NCBI GenBank assembly: GCA_043800755.1 | Contig: JAZDMQ010000034.1 | Span: forward strand, 2,656-66,655 | Direction: 5' to 3' | Source of the DNA: a bacterium | GTDB taxonomy: Bacteria; Methylomirabilota; Methylomirabilia; CAVQYV01 | Length of the DNA stretch: 64,000 nucleotides | Shown: positions 19,950 to 29,833 of the stretch, one piece after another | Layout: each line of letters opens with the position of its first letter | Numbering within the stretch: position 1 is the first letter of the stretch | The notes under the pieces: model-generated | What the model was told of the DNA's origin: nothing | What the model saw: the letters and a program-made list of their open reading frames with translations, nothing else | The model's database searches: none | Translations under genes and position numbers: made by a program

Positions 19950-20813
19950 ATGGGTCAAGGCTTATCAGCAAAGATGGCAGCGAGCGCCTTCTGGAGGCAA
20001 TTGGGCAAGAACCGGCTCGGCCTCATCGGGGCCGGGATCGTGGTTGTCCTGTTTGCAATAGCCCTTTCGGCCCCGATTCTCTCTCCCAGTAATCCCACGG
20101 ATCTGGATGGCCAGCACATCCTCTCCCGTCCCGATCCCCATCATTGGTTCGGGACCGACCGCCTGGGCCGGGATGTCCTCTCGCGGGTCATTTGGGGCTC
20201 TCGTATCTCTCTCTTGGTGGGATTCGTGGCCGTGGGGATTGCCACCCTGATCGGGATCTTCTTAGGTGCGTTGGCGGGCTATTATGGCAGGTGGGTGGAT
20301 AGCCTGATCATGCGCTTCGTGGACCTCATGCTCTGCTTTCCCACCTTTTTCCTCATCTTGGCAGTCATCGCCTTCCTGGAGCCGTCCATCTGGAATATTA
20401 TGGTGGTCATCGGCCTCACCGGCTGGATGGGAGTAGCCAGATTGGTGCGAGCGGAATTCTTGAGCCTGAAGGAGCGGGAATTCGTACTGAGCGCGCGGGC
20501 GTTGGGGGCATCTGACCTGCGCATCATCTTCCGCCACATCCTGCCCAATGCCCTCGCCCCGGTGCTGGTATCGGCAACCCTGGGAGTGGCAGGGGCAATC
20601 CTCACCGAATCAGCCTTGAGCTTCTTAGGGATCGGCATCCAGCCTCCTACCCCCTCCTGGGGAAACATCCTGACCGGGGGAAAGGACAACCTGGAGATCG
20701 CCTGGTGGCTCTCCTTCTTTCCGGGATTGGCCATCCTGATCACGGTGTTGGGGTATAACCTTCTCGGGGAGGGCATCCGGGACGCCCTAGACCCCCGGCT
20801 CAGGAGGAAGTGA
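19950..20813 (+). CDS. ABC transporter permease (DppC/OppC-like)
   Basis: Start MGQGLSAKMAAS after an AGGGAGGG RBS. Permease with EFVLSARALGASDLRIIFRHILPNA. No ATPase genes follow. Confidence 0.8.
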   Translation: MGQGLSAKMAASAFWRQLGKNRLGLIGAGIVVVLFAIALSAPILSPSNPTDLDGQHILSRPDPHHWFGTDRLGRDVLSRVIWGSRISLLVGFVAVGIATLIGIFLGALAGYYGRWVDSLIMRFVDLMLCFPTFFLILAVIAFLEPSIWNIMVVIGLTGWMGVARLVRAEFLSLKEREFVLSARALGASDLRIIFRHILPNALAPVLVSATLGVAGAILTESALSFLGIGIQPPTPSWGNILTGGKDNLEIAWWLSFFPGLAILITVLGYNLLGEGIRDALDPRLRRK

Positions 20814-20839
20814 CCCCCGCCTGCCCTTTGCCTCTTTCC

Positions 20840-22102
20840 TCAGCGCAAAGAGAAGGTGATGTCCTTCGAGTTAACGATCTTCGCCTGATAGAGGAAGGAG
20901 GCCTGGCGCAGGGCCAGTGCCTGATCGAAAGGATTCAAGGCGGAGATGGCATCCTCGGCCAATACCACGGAATAGCCCGACAAGCGAGCCTTTCCCGCCG
21001 TGTGCAGCACGCAGATATTGGAGACAGTCCCCACGATCAACACCTCCTTGACCCCCTTCTGCCGCAGCAGCAGGTCCAGGTCGGTGCCGAAGAAGGCATC
21101 GTAAGTCCGCTTCTTGATATAATAGTCCCCCTTCTGCGGCTCGAGTTCATCGATCACCTGTGCCCCCACCGTATCCTCCACCACATGGGGAGGCCAGATG
21201 GAGAATTCGGGATCATCGGCCCGATGCCAATCCTGGGTGAAGATGATCGGCGCGCCTGCCTCCCTTGCCTTCTGGATCAAGCTCCGAATGGGCACAGTCG
21301 TCTGCTTGGTGCCTGGCACAAAGAGCTTTCCCCCTTTCTGAGCGAAGTCCTTCTGCATGTCCACCACGATCAGGGCCGACTTGGAGGCCAGAAGGGTTGC
21401 CCGCTCCGTCCGTCTCAACTCCGGTACCTTGGCATCGAGCTTGATGGGAAGTGACAACATCTGTTCGCCGAAGGCTTGATCGGCGGTGACGATCTGTGCC
21501 TGATAGAGGAAGGAGGCCTGGCGCAGGGCTGCCTGCTGGTCGAATTCATTCAGGGCACAGATGGCATCTTGAGGGATGACCACGCGGTAGCCCCAGAGCG
21601 CGGCATCCCCAGCAGTATTGAGTACGCAGATATTGGAGACGGTCCCGCAGATGACCAGCCGCTTGATGTCCAGGTCCCGCAGCAGCAGGTCCAGGTCGGT
21701 GGCAAAGAAGGCGTTGTAAGTCCGCTTGCAGATGGTGTAGTCCCCTTGCCTGACCTCAAGCTCGGGGATAATGGCTGCCCCAGGGCTTCCCTCAATGGCA
21801 TGAGGGGGCCAGATATTGAACTCCGGGTCATCAGCCCGATGCCAATCCTGGGTGAAGATGATCGGGAGGCCTTCTTTTCTCGCCTGATTGATCAGCAGGC
21901 GGATCTGTGGCTTTATCGCCTCCGTCGCGGGATTATAGAGGAGGCCGCCCTGGCTGGCAAAATCGTTCTGCATATCCACCACGATCAGCGCCGTTTTGGG
22001 TCCCCCCGCCCAAGCCGGGGAGAAGGCCCCCGTCAAGACCGCAACAGAGAAAAACATACCCAAAAGGATCAAGAGACTGTTTCCTTCTACCATGCTTTTC
22101 AT
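20840..22102 (-). CDS. secreted protein with two tandem isochorismatase-family (cysteine hydrolase) domains
   Basis: Signal peptide. Residues ~35-200 and ~240-420 are ~60% identical to each other (ALIVVDMQNDF...IIFTQDWHRADDPEF...GTVSNICVL x2). Confidence 0.7.
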   Translation of the reverse strand: MKSMVEGNSLLILLGMFFSVAVLTGAFSPAWAGGPKTALIVVDMQNDFASQGGLLYNPATEAIKPQIRLLINQARKEGLPIIFTQDWHRADDPEFNIWPPHAIEGSPGAAIIPELEVRQGDYTICKRTYNAFFATDLDLLLRDLDIKRLVICGTVSNICVLNTAGDAALWGYRVVIPQDAICALNEFDQQAALRQASFLYQAQIVTADQAFGEQMLSLPIKLDAKVPELRRTERATLLASKSALIVVDMQKDFAQKGGKLFVPGTKQTTVPIRSLIQKAREAGAPIIFTQDWHRADDPEFSIWPPHVVEDTVGAQVIDELEPQKGDYYIKKRTYDAFFGTDLDLLLRQKGVKEVLIVGTVSNICVLHTAGKARLSGYSVVLAEDAISALNPFDQALALRQASFLYQAKIVNSKDITFSLR

Positions 22103-22167
22103 CTTTTTCCCTTTCTGTTTCCGCTCGCCCCAGTCGCGGATTCTCCCTGGGGGGCGTCTTCCCTTCT

Positions 22168-22782
22168 TCAGATTATAGTCCCCTCTGCCTCCTGGAGCAA
22201 GTCCTGAAAAATTCGTCTGGTCTCCCTCTCTGCTTCCGACCTGTCTTTTGAATTGTCAATCAGGTAATCGGCATATTTCGCCTTCTCCGACAGCGGCATC
22301 TGAGAGCGAATCCGGGACAGGGCCTCTTCCTGGGTGAGTCCCTTTCGCCTTAGCCGTTCAATCTGAGCCTCCTGACTGGCCGCCACCAGCACCACCCGAT
22401 GAAAGCGTCGGAAGGAACCAGTCTCGATCATCAGGGCCTCCTCCACCACCCCAACCTTCACCTTCCCTGACCGCTCCCACTCCGCCATCAACTCCTCTTC
22501 CTTCGCCAGAATAGCCGGATGCATGATCTGCTCCAAGTCCGCCCTTTTGGCAGCGTCTGAAAAGACAATGCGGCCGAGCCGGCCGCGGTCAATGGTGCGG
22601 TCGGACCGCAGGATCAGATCGCCAAAGGTCTTCACGATCTCCCGCCAGACCAGGGTATCCGGGCGCTGCAATTCGTGGGCGATGATATCGGCATCGATAA
22701 AACCTGCCCCCAGCCCTGCGAAGACTGCGGCCACGGTGCTCTTCCCGGTGGCGATCCCCCCGGTCAGCCCCACCTTCAACAT
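22168..22782 (-). CDS. coaE: dephospho-CoA kinase
   Basis: MLKVGLTGGIATGKSTV (P-loop), CoaE pattern, 204 aa. Confidence 0.85.
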   Translation of the reverse strand: MLKVGLTGGIATGKSTVAAVFAGLGAGFIDADIIAHELQRPDTLVWREIVKTFGDLILRSDRTIDRGRLGRIVFSDAAKRADLEQIMHPAILAKEEELMAEWERSGKVKVGVVEEALMIETGSFRRFHRVVLVAASQEAQIERLRRKGLTQEEALSRIRSQMPLSEKAKYADYLIDNSKDRSEAERETRRIFQDLLQEAEGTII

Positions 22783-23012
22783 CTTCGGCCATCCCCCCTA
22801 AGGGAAAGGACCCTTGATAAGCCGACAAAAGCCATTGACATCCGGCGGCCGCCATGGTATTCAAATTCCGGCCGGCCCAGCATGGCATGAAAAAGGCGCG
22901 CGAGAATATGATGTAAATCAGGAGAACTCCCCCCTCGTAGGGGTGCGGCCCGCGGAGTCCACCGGTCGGGGGGTTGAGCTCTCCTCAACCCCTTTCGGAG
23001 AGGAGAAGGCGA

Positions 23013-23327
23013 ATGAAAAGGATAATCTGTTTAGCCCTCATCTTGACCTGCCTGGGCGCATCCTCCTTGGCCCTGGCCGGAACCTTCAAGATCAAGGATG
23101 GAAGTACCATAGACGGGCAATTGGTAGAACGCAACATCAAGATGAAGACCGCCTATGGCGAGGCAACCTTCAAAGCTCAGGATATCGTTTCTTATCACGA
23201 CGGCGTCCTTAAGCTGCGGGACGGAAATAGCATCAAGGGAACGATCCTGAATCGGTCCCTCAAGGTAAAGACGGCCACCGGCACCTTCACCATTGAGCCG
23301 ACCAAGCTCCTCTCTTTTGAGCAGTGA
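23013..23327 (+). CDS. small secreted protein with two ~38-aa tandem repeats (hypothetical)
   Basis: MKRIICLALILTCLGASSLALA signal peptide. Repeats GTFKIKDGSTIDGQLVERNIKMKTAYGEATFKAQDIVSY and GVLKLRDGNSIKGTILNRSLKVKTATGTFTIEPTKLLSF. Confidence 0.4.
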   Translation: MKRIICLALILTCLGASSLALAGTFKIKDGSTIDGQLVERNIKMKTAYGEATFKAQDIVSYHDGVLKLRDGNSIKGTILNRSLKVKTATGTFTIEPTKLLSFEQ

Positions 23328-23373
23328 GCTCCTGAAGCAAGAACATGGGACGCCTCTCCTGCCCACTACCTCC

Positions 23374-26049
23374 TTAAGGGTGGGCTTCGCTCCAGTTCTT
23401 GCCCATCCCTATCTCCACCTGAATGGGGACCCTCAGGCAAATCACCCCTTCCATCGCCCTGCGCACCAGGACCTCCATCTGCCCTCGCTCCCCCTCCGGA
23501 ACCTCAAAGATCAACTCATCGTGGACCTGGAGGACCATTTTCGCCCGAAGGTCCTCCTGCTTCATCTGGCGATGGATACAGACCATGGCCTTTTTGATCA
23601 GGTCCGCCGCACTGCCCTGGATAGGGGTATTGATGGCCATGCGCTCCCCCAACTGTCTGGTGGTGGCATCTGGGCTTTGGAGGTGGGGGATATCCCGGCA
23701 CCGGCCAAAGAGGGTCTTCACGCACCGGGAAGCCCTCGCCTCCTCCAGCAGCCTCTCAATGTAGGACCTCACTCCCTCATAGCGGGAAAAATACCTCTCG
23801 ATATAGGTCTTGGCCTCGGCCTGGGAAACCCCCAACTCCAGCGATAGGCCGTAGGGGCTCATCCCATAGATGATCCCAAAATTGATTGTCTTGGCCATCC
23901 GCCGCATCTCTTGGGTCACCTCTTCGGGAGTCACTCCCCAAATCTCCGCCGCAGTCCGGGTATGGATATCCTCCCCACGCCGGAAGGACTCGATCAGGGC
24001 CTCATCGTCTGACAAATGGGCCAGAATGCGGAGTTCGACCTGGGAATAATCCGCCGAGAGCAGCCAACATCCCTCCTCCGCGATGAAGGCCTCCCGAATC
24101 CGGCGGCCGATCTCCGAGCGAATGGGGATGTTCTGCAGATTGGGTTCGCTGCTGGAGAGCCGGCCAGTGGCCGTCACCGTTTGGTTCAAGGAGGTATGGA
24201 TCCTCCCTGTCTGAGGATTAAGGAGTTTGGGAAGGACATCCACATAGGTCGATTTCAATTTCGCCAGGCTTCGATAATGGAGGACCTCCGCCGGCAAGGG
24301 GTGAGAAAGCGCCAATTGCTCCAGCACCTTCACCTCGGTGGAATAGCCGGTCTTGGTCTTGCGAAGGGGACTCAACCCCAACCGGCCAAAGAGCACCTCG
24401 GAGAGCTGCTTGGGGGAATTGATGTTGAATTCTCCCTTGGCTAGCTCGAAGATGCGGGAGGCGACCTCCGCCAGCTCCTTTTCCAGCCAGCGCGACATCT
24501 CATGCAGCAGGGCCACATCGACCTTGAAGCCGTTTCTCTCAATCTCCGCCAGCACCTCAACCAGGGGCATCTCGATTTCGCGGAAGAGTTTCTCCAACTC
24601 GCCCTCCGCCAATAGAGGCGTCAGGGCGGAAACCAGCTGCAAGACCAGATCCGCCTTGGTGCAGGCGTAATCGGTGGCAGTCTCCAGCGCCGCGGCCTCA
24701 AGGCCCAGATCCTTCCCCACCAACTCTTCCAGGCTTTTCAGCTTCAGCTGCAAGTAATCGAGGGCCAGGCTCTCCAGGCCATGGTCGGATTTGTTCGGAT
24801 TCAGCAGATAGGAGGCAACCATGGCGTCGAAGGCCAGTCCCGCGAGCACTACCCCTGCTTGCCGCAGGAGGAGGAGGGTGAACTTCAAATTGTGCCCATT
24901 TTTCCGGAGCCTGGACTCCTCCAGAATCGGCCTCAACCCGTCCCAGACGAGCTCGGGAGGCAACGGGTCGGGAACACCAGAGACCCGATGGCCGAGGGGA
25001 ACATAGTAGGCCTCCCCCGGCCGCATGGCCAACGCGATCCCCACCACCTCCGCTCGCCATAGATCCTTGGAGGTGGTCTCCAAGCTCAGGCTGAAGCCCT
25101 CGGCCTGCTTCAAGGCAGCCACCAGGTCCTTAAGCTGAGAGCTGTCCAAGACGGCATGGTAGCAGCCTGATCCCAAGGAGCGGGAAGGGGCAACCTCTCG
25201 CAGGAGATGATGGAATTCCAGATCCCGAAACAGGTCGGTCAGTGCGGCCGGGTCCGGCTCCTTTACCTTCAGCTCGGAGAGCTCGATCTCCAAAGGGAGG
25301 TCATCATGCAAGGTGGCCAGTTGGCGACTGAGCAGCGCCAGATCCATATGTTCCTTCAGGTTTTCCTTCAGCTTCGGCCTCTTGACTCGATCCAGAGACT
25401 CCCGTAGTGCCTCGATGCTCCCAAACTCCCGGATGAGGAAGGCGGCGGTCTTCTCCCCCACCCCTGGCACCCCGGGGATGTCGTCAGAGGCATCCCCCAT
25501 CAATCCCATAACCTCCACCACTTTATCCGGCCCTACGCCAAAACGCTCCCTGACCTCCTCCTCCCCCAGGAACATATCCCGCATCGGATCGTAGACATGA
25601 ACCGAAGGACCAACCAACTGGAGGAGATCTTTATCCCCCGTCACGATAACCACTTCACAGCCCTGACTTTGGGCCTTCTTGGCTAGCGTAGCCAGGATAT
25701 CGTCCGCCTCGTAACCCTCCATTATCAAGGCCGGAATGCGCAAGGCCTCAATGAACCGATAGATCTGGGGAAGTTGCAGGGAGAGAGACTCGGGCATGGC
25801 GGGGCGATGGATCTTATAGGACTCAAAGGCTTGGTGACGAAGGGTTTTCCCCTTATGATCGAAGGCGATGGCCAGATAGTCCGGCTTTTTCTCCCTGAGG
25901 ATCTTAAAGAGCATATTGGTGAAACCGAACACCGCGTTGGTGGGCTGGCCTTTGGAGGTGGATAGGTAGGGAATGGCGTGGAAGGCCCTGTAAAGATAAG
26001 AGTTGCCATCGATGAGATAGAGGGAGGGGCGCGATGGGTGAGGAGTCAT
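23374..26049 (-). CDS. polA: DNA polymerase I
   Basis: 891 aa with 5'-3' exonuclease N-terminus (LYLIDGNSYLYRAFHA), 3'-5' exonuclease-like middle, and family A polymerase motifs (RRMAKTINFGIIYG, QVHDELIFE). Confidence 0.95.
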   Translation of the reverse strand: MTPHPSRPSLYLIDGNSYLYRAFHAIPYLSTSKGQPTNAVFGFTNMLFKILREKKPDYLAIAFDHKGKTLRHQAFESYKIHRPAMPESLSLQLPQIYRFIEALRIPALIMEGYEADDILATLAKKAQSQGCEVVIVTGDKDLLQLVGPSVHVYDPMRDMFLGEEEVRERFGVGPDKVVEVMGLMGDASDDIPGVPGVGEKTAAFLIREFGSIEALRESLDRVKRPKLKENLKEHMDLALLSRQLATLHDDLPLEIELSELKVKEPDPAALTDLFRDLEFHHLLREVAPSRSLGSGCYHAVLDSSQLKDLVAALKQAEGFSLSLETTSKDLWRAEVVGIALAMRPGEAYYVPLGHRVSGVPDPLPPELVWDGLRPILEESRLRKNGHNLKFTLLLLRQAGVVLAGLAFDAMVASYLLNPNKSDHGLESLALDYLQLKLKSLEELVGKDLGLEAAALETATDYACTKADLVLQLVSALTPLLAEGELEKLFREIEMPLVEVLAEIERNGFKVDVALLHEMSRWLEKELAEVASRIFELAKGEFNINSPKQLSEVLFGRLGLSPLRKTKTGYSTEVKVLEQLALSHPLPAEVLHYRSLAKLKSTYVDVLPKLLNPQTGRIHTSLNQTVTATGRLSSSEPNLQNIPIRSEIGRRIREAFIAEEGCWLLSADYSQVELRILAHLSDDEALIESFRRGEDIHTRTAAEIWGVTPEEVTQEMRRMAKTINFGIIYGMSPYGLSLELGVSQAEAKTYIERYFSRYEGVRSYIERLLEEARASRCVKTLFGRCRDIPHLQSPDATTRQLGERMAINTPIQGSAADLIKKAMVCIHRQMKQEDLRAKMVLQVHDELIFEVPEGERGQMEVLVRRAMEGVICLRVPIQVEIGMGKNWSEAHP

Positions 26050-26138
26050 TCGATCTTGAGGCCTCGGTTGATTTCTTCTTCCTTAGATTCCCTCGCTAAT
26101 CCGAAGGCTTGCTGCCCGGATTGGGCTCGCCATCAGTC

Positions 26139-27263
26139 TCATTCAGACGCTGGCAGGGGGAGCTTGATCTCTACCGTGGTGCCCTTTCCCTTTTCGCTCC
26201 CGATGTGGAACTCCCCTTGATGGGCTTCTGCGATCCCCTTGGCCACCGCGAGACCAAGGCCAAGCCCGGAGGCAGATCGAGTCATGCTCATGTCCGCCTG
26301 GGTGAAGGGCTTCATCAACTCTGCGAGGCGGTCCTGAGGGATTTCACCCTGGGTGTTGATGATGCGAAGCCAAAGCCCGTCACGGGCAGGGTTCATCTCC
26401 GCCTCCACCAGCACCTTGCCTCCTCGCTCGTTGAACTTGACCGCATTCTCCAGGAGGTTAAATAGCAGGATCTTCATCTTCTCCGGGTCTGCCAGCAATG
26501 GCGGCAGGTCGGAGGGATAGGCCTTTTCCACGGTGAGGTCTCTCTCCTTCGCTTCTTCCTCCAATTGCTGCAGGGCCTCCTCCACCAAGGGCAAGAGGTC
26601 CACCCTCTCCTTTTTCAGGCGCATTTCCCCCTTCCCCAGCCCCACGAATTCCAGGAGGTTGAAGATTATCCGGCCCAACCCGAGAGAGCTCTCTTTGATC
26701 GCCTTGAGGCCCTCCACCTGCAAGGGGTTCTGGCCAGCGGTTTGATCGCCCAAGAGCAGATCAACCCACCCATAGATGACGGTAAGAGGGGTGCGGAACT
26801 CGTGAGAGATGGCCCGCAGGAGGTTCGATTTGATCTGGTCGATCTCCTTGAGCCTGCGATTGATTTCATTGAGCTGGATGTTTTCCTGACGCAATCGCTG
26901 CTGTTCCAGTCCTCGCCGCACCGCGTGCAGGATCTCATCCAGCTTGAAGGGCTTCAAGATATAGTCATAGGCCCCGCCCTTGAGGGACTTGACGGCCGTT
27001 TCGATCGTGCCAAACCCGGTCATGAGGATCACCACCAGATCTGGAAAGAGCGCAAGGGCCTGCTCCGCGAGTTCGATGCCATTCATCTTGGGCATCATCA
27101 GATCGGTGAGCATCAACTGATAGCCCCCCTTTTTCAGGGTCTCCAGTGCCTCCATCCCATCTGCGGCCACCGAGACATCAAATCCTTCCACCTGAAAGGC
27201 AGTATAGAGAGGCAATCGCAGGCTCTCTTCGTCATCGACCACGAGTATTTTCTCCGCGGCCAT
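26139..27263 (-). CDS. hybrid response regulator/histidine kinase (REC-HisKA-HATPase_c)
   Basis: MAAEKILVVDDEESLR... receiver domain with phospho-Asp, H-box SHEFRTPLTVIYGW, G-boxes GLGLGLAVAKG. Confidence 0.8.
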   Translation of the reverse strand: MAAEKILVVDDEESLRLPLYTAFQVEGFDVSVAADGMEALETLKKGGYQLMLTDLMMPKMNGIELAEQALALFPDLVVILMTGFGTIETAVKSLKGGAYDYILKPFKLDEILHAVRRGLEQQRLRQENIQLNEINRRLKEIDQIKSNLLRAISHEFRTPLTVIYGWVDLLLGDQTAGQNPLQVEGLKAIKESSLGLGRIIFNLLEFVGLGKGEMRLKKERVDLLPLVEEALQQLEEEAKERDLTVEKAYPSDLPPLLADPEKMKILLFNLLENAVKFNERGGKVLVEAEMNPARDGLWLRIINTQGEIPQDRLAELMKPFTQADMSMTRSASGLGLGLAVAKGIAEAHQGEFHIGSEKGKGTTVEIKLPLPASE

Positions 27264-27447
27264 ATGGGATCCTCCTTCTCCATAATGTCCCAAACCCAGA
27301 GCCCAGACCCATCAACCGCTACCAATGTGACTGAGCCCTCAATCCAGCCAACCCCCTTCTCGGTTCTCGAGCCCAGGGAGTGCCCCAGCCTCCATCCCTT
27401 CCCCCATCGGAAAGGAACCCCCCCCCTTCTTTTCCCTCGGATGGCCT

Positions 27448-29817
27448 CTACTCGCTGATTGGAAGCGAAAAGGTAAAGGTGGTCCCCTTTTCCAATTCGC
27501 TTTCCACCCAGATCTTCCCCTGGTGATTCTCGATGATACGCCGAACCACACTCAGCCCCATCCCCGTTCCCTTCCCCGGGGGCTTGGTGGTGAAGAAGGG
27601 ATCGAAGATGCGGGGGAGGTGCTCTGGAGGGATCCCCGAGCCGCTGTCTTGGATAGAAACCTCCAAGAGACGGCCATTCGCCTGTTGGGCCTTGATTCCG
27701 AGATGTCCACCCCGGGGCATGGATTGGGCGGCGTTCAAAATAAGGTTAAAAAAGACCTGCTCCAGCTCCAGGGCATCCCCTTGAACCTGGGGGAGATCCT
27801 CGGCCAATTCGCAGCTGATTTCGATGTCCTGGAACAGGGAATGCCCCTCCAGGATCCCCAGGGATTTCCTGATCACCTCCTGGAGATTGAGGGGACAGAG
27901 GTGCTGTGGCGTGGGACGGGAATAATCCAGCAGCCCCCGGACGATCTTGGCCATGCGTTCCACATTCTCCTCCATGGCTGCCAGATACTTCTGGGTTTCC
28001 TCGTCGGTCCTCTCCTTCCTGCGCAAAAGCTCCGCATAGATGGAGAGGGAGGCCAAGGGGTTGTTGATCTCGTGGGCCACGCCCGCAGCCAAGTGCCCCA
28101 GGGAGAGCATCTTCTCTGCCTGAATCATCTGGGACTCCAGCCACTTCTCTTCCGAGACGTCCTTGAGTTGATGGATGATCTGCAGGACCCTCCCTCGCTC
28201 CACGATGACCGGGAAGGCGGAAACCCCCCAGACTCTCTCCTGGCCATTTTCCTCCAACTCTTTTCTTTCCCCCCGCAGGGGACTCGCCTTTTCCAGAATC
28301 TGGGGGACCAGACAATCGGTGCAGGGCTGCCTTTGACCTCGCAATGACTCATAGCAGATGCGGCCCACCAGGGACTGCGGAGTTCGTTTCAGGTAGGAGG
28401 CATAGGGCCGGTTGATCTGGGAGATCCGGAACTCCGGATCCACCACATAAAGGAAGTCCGTAATCCCATCGATCACCGCCATCAATTTTTGCTTGCTCTC
28501 ATAAATCTGCTTTTCCATGCGGGACAATTCCGACATATCCTTGTGGATGGAGGAAATCTCTTGGGGATTTCCCAGCTCGTCCCGAATCAGGGACCAGGTA
28601 ATGAGGACCGGAACGAGCCGCCCATCCTTGTGGCGGCGATCCGCGCGAAACAACACTCCACGGCCCTCTTCCATCATGGAGCCCACCCTTCTAACCTCTT
28701 CATCCCAAGACTCCTGAGGAAAGATTATCTCAATGGACTTGCCCTCTACCTCTTCCGCCAGATAACCATAGATTCGCTCTGCTCCCTTATTCCATAGTCG
28801 GATGATCCCTTTCAGGTCGGCGCTGATGATGGCATCGTTGGAGGACTCCACCAGTTTCGCCAAGTACTCCTTCGCCTCTCGCACCTGGGTGTAAGCTCGG
28901 GCTTTATCGATGGCCATCGCCGCGTGCTGGGCAAAGGCAGTCATCAGGGCGATCTGCTCGGGGGAAAAGAATCGATCCTGGAAGCTGTTGAAATTAAGCA
29001 CCCCGATGAGCCTCTGGCCCACCAACAGGGGGATTCCCAGATAGCTGGTTATTCCATGCTTCCTGGCAAAGGGGGCTGAGCGGTAGGGGTATCGCGTCTC
29101 GGACAAGGAATCGGAGAGGGCGAGGACCTCCTTATGCTGAGCCACCCACCCGGCCAGGGACTCCCCCACCTTCAGGGGGTGGAGCCGGAGATCCTCCAAC
29201 CATTCCTCCGGGAAATTGGCATGGACGGAGACGATCAGCTCTCCCTTTTCGTTAACCAGCATGATGCTGGTGCAGGCTGAGGTCCACAGTTGCTGGGCGA
29301 TCTCGATGATGGCGTGCAGGGTTTGTTGAACATCCAGGCTCGAGGTGAGGATCACGCTCGATTCAATCAGGGCCGAGAGCTCCCGATTACGCTCCTGCAG
29401 AGTCGTCTCTGCCCGCTTAACCCTCAGCCAGAGCTTGATCTTGGCCAGGAGCTCATCATTGGAAAAGGGCTTCTCGATGTAGTCCTCGGCCCCCAGGCTT
29501 AATCCGATCCCCCTATCCGGAACCTCGGCTTTGGCGGAGAGGAAGATGATCGGGAGATTCTGCCATCGCTGCTGCTGCTTGATGGCCTGAAAGACCTGAT
29601 AGCCATCTACCTTCGGCATGACGATATCCAACAGAATAAGGTCCACCCCTTCCCCGTCCATCATGTCCAGGGCTTCCTCTCCCGAGGAGGCAGACAGGAC
29701 TGCATAACCCTCCCTCTCCAGCAGGGCCTTAATCAGTTTCCTTACCGCCTGATCGTCATCGATCACCAGGATATGCGCCTGACGATCCCGGGTTTCGCTG
29801 GTGCCTGCGACCTCCAT
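27448..29817 (-). CDS. hybrid sensor kinase REC-GAF-PAS-PAS-HisKA-HATPase_c
   Basis: Start at internal Met (MEVAGTSETRDRQAHILVIDDD) to avoid overlap with the upstream gene. H-box AHEINNPLASL. G2 GTGMGLSVV. Confidence 0.8.
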   Translation of the reverse strand: MEVAGTSETRDRQAHILVIDDDQAVRKLIKALLEREGYAVLSASSGEEALDMMDGEGVDLILLDIVMPKVDGYQVFQAIKQQQRWQNLPIIFLSAKAEVPDRGIGLSLGAEDYIEKPFSNDELLAKIKLWLRVKRAETTLQERNRELSALIESSVILTSSLDVQQTLHAIIEIAQQLWTSACTSIMLVNEKGELIVSVHANFPEEWLEDLRLHPLKVGESLAGWVAQHKEVLALSDSLSETRYPYRSAPFARKHGITSYLGIPLLVGQRLIGVLNFNSFQDRFFSPEQIALMTAFAQHAAMAIDKARAYTQVREAKEYLAKLVESSNDAIISADLKGIIRLWNKGAERIYGYLAEEVEGKSIEIIFPQESWDEEVRRVGSMMEEGRGVLFRADRRHKDGRLVPVLITWSLIRDELGNPQEISSIHKDMSELSRMEKQIYESKQKLMAVIDGITDFLYVVDPEFRISQINRPYASYLKRTPQSLVGRICYESLRGQRQPCTDCLVPQILEKASPLRGERKELEENGQERVWGVSAFPVIVERGRVLQIIHQLKDVSEEKWLESQMIQAEKMLSLGHLAAGVAHEINNPLASLSIYAELLRRKERTDEETQKYLAAMEENVERMAKIVRGLLDYSRPTPQHLCPLNLQEVIRKSLGILEGHSLFQDIEISCELAEDLPQVQGDALELEQVFFNLILNAAQSMPRGGHLGIKAQQANGRLLEVSIQDSGSGIPPEHLPRIFDPFFTTKPPGKGTGMGLSVVRRIIENHQGKIWVESELEKGTTFTFSLPISE

Positions 29818-29833
29818 CGACCTCCGTCCCTCA

